Positions 60,762 through 64,000 of a stretch of 64,000 nucleotides of DNA are shown here, piece by piece; within the stretch, counting starts at the first letter, position 1; every line of letters begins with the position of its first letter. The translations under genes and the position numbers were made by a program. The stretch spans positions 150,831 to 214,830 of the forward strand of contig BCKZ01000020.1 of the NCBI GenBank assembly GCA_001600815.1, given 5' to 3'. The notes below the pieces were generated by a model that did no database searches, was not told the origin of the DNA, and saw only the letters and a list, made by a program, of their open reading frames with translations. Origin of the DNA: Alloascoidea hylecoeti. Its lineage: Eukaryota.

Positions 60762-61627
60762 ATGTCCAACCCAAGTGAAATAAACGGTATGTGAAAATAC
60801 CTTTAAACATTTTATGAAAATATTTTCAAACAATTGAGTTGATTTGGTTTCTTCCTTGTCGATACAACATGTATTGATATTGCCACCCATACCAAATCTT
60901 GAAAACAATAAAAGGAATACATCACTAATTGGTATATGAATTGATAGGCGGCTCGGCTGTTGCAATGACAGGTAAAGATTGCGTTGTAATTGCTTGTGAC
61001 TTACGATTAGGGAATCAATCGTTGGGTATTACTGGTGATTTTAATAAGGTATTTCAGTTTGGGCATGTGTTTTTAGGGTTAACAGGTTTAGCAACAGATG
61101 TTACTACATTGTAAGTTAAATATGGAAAATGTTTATTTTTGTTAAGAAGATTATTGCTTATAAAGGTAATTAACTTTGAAATTCATTTTAATTTTAGGTC
61201 GGAGGTATTTCGTAAGAAAACCAATTTATACAAACTACGAGAAGAACGTAACATTGAACCAGAGACCTTTGCAAATTTAGTTTCTACGACATTATATGAG
61301 AAACGTTTTGGTCCATATTTTGTTGGTCCAATTGTTGCTGGAATAGATAGTAAATCAAATTTGCCATTTATCTGTGGATTTGATTCAATTGGTTGTATTG
61401 ATTTTGCAAAAGATTTTATTGTTTCAGGTACAGCATCAGATCAATTATTTGGAATGTGTGAATCTCTTTATGAACCAAATCTAGAAGCTGATGATTTATT
61501 TGAAACGGTTTCTCAAGCATTATTGAATGCTCAGGATAGAGATGCACTAAGTGGTTGGGGTTGTGTTGTTTATACTATCACACAAGATAAGGTAACAAAG
61601 AGATTGTTAAAAACTAGACAGGATTAG
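60762..61627 (+). CDS. PUP3: 20S proteasome beta-3 subunit; join(60762..60786,60948..61110,61198..61627)
   Basis: MSNPSEING|GSAVAMTGKDCVVIACDLRLG...GLATDVTTL|...YEKRFGPYFVGP...DRDALSGWG...LKTRQD. Canonical introns. Confidence 0.97.
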
Positions 61628-61957
61628 ATGTTTAGAAGTAATAAAAGTAAAAATATAACGAACATAAGAGAATGAACATATGAAAAATTGTTAATATTAT
61701 ACATGATATGAGTGTATTATCATTTTCTATTTACATTAATATTAAAGAAGACAAAAAGCTATGCAATCAAAATTCATAAATTAGTGAAAATAAACAACCA
61801 ATAGAATTGCTCATTGATCCAATGACATAAAATAAGTTCTTCTGTTTCCCTTTTATAGTGAAAAGTTTGGCGGCACCTATTAAAGTTTATATATAATTAT
61901 CATGAATAATAGTATAATAAGTTCCGACTAAGGATTTCAGTATTATCATTATTATAA

Positions 61958-62326
61958 TTATATCTTTCCTTCCTTTTCCAACTGTTCCAACATCTTTAAT
62001 TTATTATTTTTCCCATATTCTTCTTCCTCAGCTCTTTTCCATTTCTCTTCAACTCTTGCTCTTCTTTCTTTTGCTTTATCTAAATTATATTTTGCTTTAT
62101 CAAGTCTCGATGAAGCAAGACATTTATCTAAATCTGCTTTAATGTTATTACATCTCCCCATTGCTTTATTAACAAAACTAAGTTGATGACATTCTTCAAG
62201 AGCTTTGATTAGATCTTCACAACCTATATTTTTAAAGAGGTTAGCTTTATGCTAGATCTCGGCTTTTGTAAAGTTGAACTGAAGCTACATACGTCTGTAT
62301 TTGTAATCAGCTAATTGTGGATGCAT
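61958..62326 (-). CDS. CMC2: Twin CX9C cytochrome oxidase assembly protein Cmc2; complement join(62293..62326,61958..62223)
   Basis: MHPQLADYKYRRCEDLIKALEECH...GRCNNIKADLDKCL: twin CX9C motif and the typical MHP start. Confidence 0.88.
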
Positions 62327-63266
62327 TGTAAATAGATAGACACAAAATAAATGGAGAAAGATTTTGCTGTGATTCGGTTGGTAATTGGTGTTAAACATCC
62401 AAACATACAGATTCCACTTAGGTTCGGCCACGCTTATAGCTAAATATCGGCCCTTCCCGTAACTATTTTTTGGCTATAAATTTACCGGTATGACCCGTGA
62501 AGGTGCAGGGATAAGGAAAAACTTCGGGTACCAAAGCAGGCCGATAATTAATAAATAGTATGGCCTAAAGTTAGTGGAATATGACTATTGTTGTTGAAGT
62601 CCGGGTAATGAAATTGGAATCAAGTGTATGTGATACAATTGAGATCATTTCAACATGATAATGTTTATCCTCTTTGATGGCCCCACTCAAGCTGCAATTG
62701 GGTATTCTGACAATAACAATTAGGTATGGTCATCAGATCTACATTTAAAAGGAAGGGCATCCCATACTTATATCGATGTGCTTCAAATCAAACATCTATG
62801 AATTGGATCAGGAATTATGAGGTTACTCAGTAATAGTATAATATTCACACTAATTTAAACTTTCGAACAATTTTTATGGAAATTTCTTCACAAGCGCTTA
62901 CAATCGTTTAAGATCGAATGAATAATTAAGACAAAACTTAAAATTAATCATTTTTTTGCTTCTTTTTTCTTATATTTTGATGTAATAAGAATTTTGGTAC
63001 AAAGGTTTCTCCTCGGTGCTTTATATTGAAATATCTATGAAGAAATTTTTAGATAGCGGACAACTAACATACATCAATAAGAAACGATCCTGGATAAAAT
63101 ATCCATGTTTGAAAAAATAATGTTAACCTAATTTTGATAATTATAGTAGGCAAATTTTATATGAATTCTTTATTCTTTTTTGCTTTCTCCATATCCAAAC
63201 GACCTTCGAAGACTAAAATAAGTAATTCAGTATTTGGTCTCTTAACAATTTGCAAAAATTGGGAAA

Positions 63267-64000
63267 ATGTCTATATCTGATTTGGAAAATGGAGACAAAA
63301 TTGAACAATATGAAATAGTGCTAGTTGCTACTGAATCAAATAAACAAGATGGATTCTTTAAAAAGCAGACAAAAAATGGAATCTTAGGATTTTTTCAAAA
63401 AATTGCCATTATAATGAAAGCTGAGATCCGTGGTATCGAACGTATTCCAGAAGAAGAGAAAGTCGATACTTCATTTTGGAACATAGCAACAATGTGGCTA
63501 TCAGCAAATATGGTAATCGCAACTTTTTCAATTGGTTCCTTATCAGTGGGAATTTGGGATCTAAATTTTTATGTAGCAGTATTAACAACAATCTTTTTTA
63601 CTCTATTGGGAATTTCTTCAGTTGCCTTTTTCTCAATATTTGGTGCAAAATCTGGTTTAAGACAAATGATTCTAACAAGATTTTTCATGGGTTGGTATGG
63701 TATGAAAATATTTTCACTTTTAAACTGTATCGCTTGTATTGGATGGACAACTGTTAATACCATCGTTGCAGCACAATTATTAAATATTATTGGAAATGGT
63801 TGTCCTCCGTGGCTCGGATGTTTGGTTATTTCTATCTTGACTCTTTTCGTTGCAATCTTCGGATATAAAATTATTCACTATTATGAACAGTGGTCATGGC
63901 TACCAAATTTTATTGTATTTTTGATAATTGCTGTTAGAATGGGAAAATCACATAATTTTGACGCTGGTGAATGGACTTCTGGAGCTAATACAGCTGCCAA
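63267..64000 (+). CDS. FCY2: Purine-cytosine permease (NCS1; Fcy2/Fcy21-like), runs off the window end
   Basis: ATG at 63267 is open to the end of the window. AEIRGIERIPEEEK, MWLSANM, FGAKSGLRQMILTRF and LNCIACIGW motifs. Confidence 0.85.
   Translation, partial: MSISDLENGDKIEQYEIVLVATESNKQDGFFKKQTKNGILGFFQKIAIIMKAEIRGIERIPEEEKVDTSFWNIATMWLSANMVIATFSIGSLSVGIWDLNFYVAVLTTIFFTLLGISSVAFFSIFGAKSGLRQMILTRFFMGWYGMKIFSLLNCIACIGWTTVNTIVAAQLLNIIGNGCPPWLGCLVISILTLFVAIFGYKIIHYYEQWSWLPNFIVFLIIAVRMGKSHNFDAGEWTSGANTAA

Overview
AT-rich (roughly 30% GC) eukaryotic DNA from an ascomycete yeast. It is probably an early-diverging Saccharomycotina lineage, inferred from many short GT-AG introns with CTAAC-type branch points, a complex I subunit, and CTG read as Leu at conserved positions. 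The window holds about 22 intact protein-coding genes: Hsp20, CASTOR-like ACT protein, paxillin-like LIM protein, TVP38, two SDR polyol dehydrogenases, complex I 17.8 kDa subunit, UBX protein, PX-BAR sorting nexin, a 6-exon DYN2, a kinesin-3, DUF676 lipase, SLC35F5-type transporter, OST3/6, MED13, CNT, SLD5, Myb protein, ERG2, an orphan ORF, PUP3, CMC2 and a truncated FCY2-type permease. It also holds three tRNAs (Ile-AAT, Val-AAC, intron-containing Leu-CAA). Main unusual features: (1) a 9 kb stretch (11.5-20.6 kb) with no intact protein gene, filled with decayed genes (an unknown family, a NAM8/NGR1 copy, an F-box gene); (2) a second, inverted copy of the unknown-family gene at 56.2-58.2 kb whose deletions complement those of the first, so an ancestral gene of about 800 aa can be rebuilt; (3) an otherwise intact kinesin-3 with degenerate switch I and II motifs (candidate pseudo-motor) beside the dynein light chain gene; (4) a 404 bp MITE-like element bounded by inverted repeats, in TpA-rich DNA with a RIP-like composition. 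All calls come from manual reading; no database searches were run.
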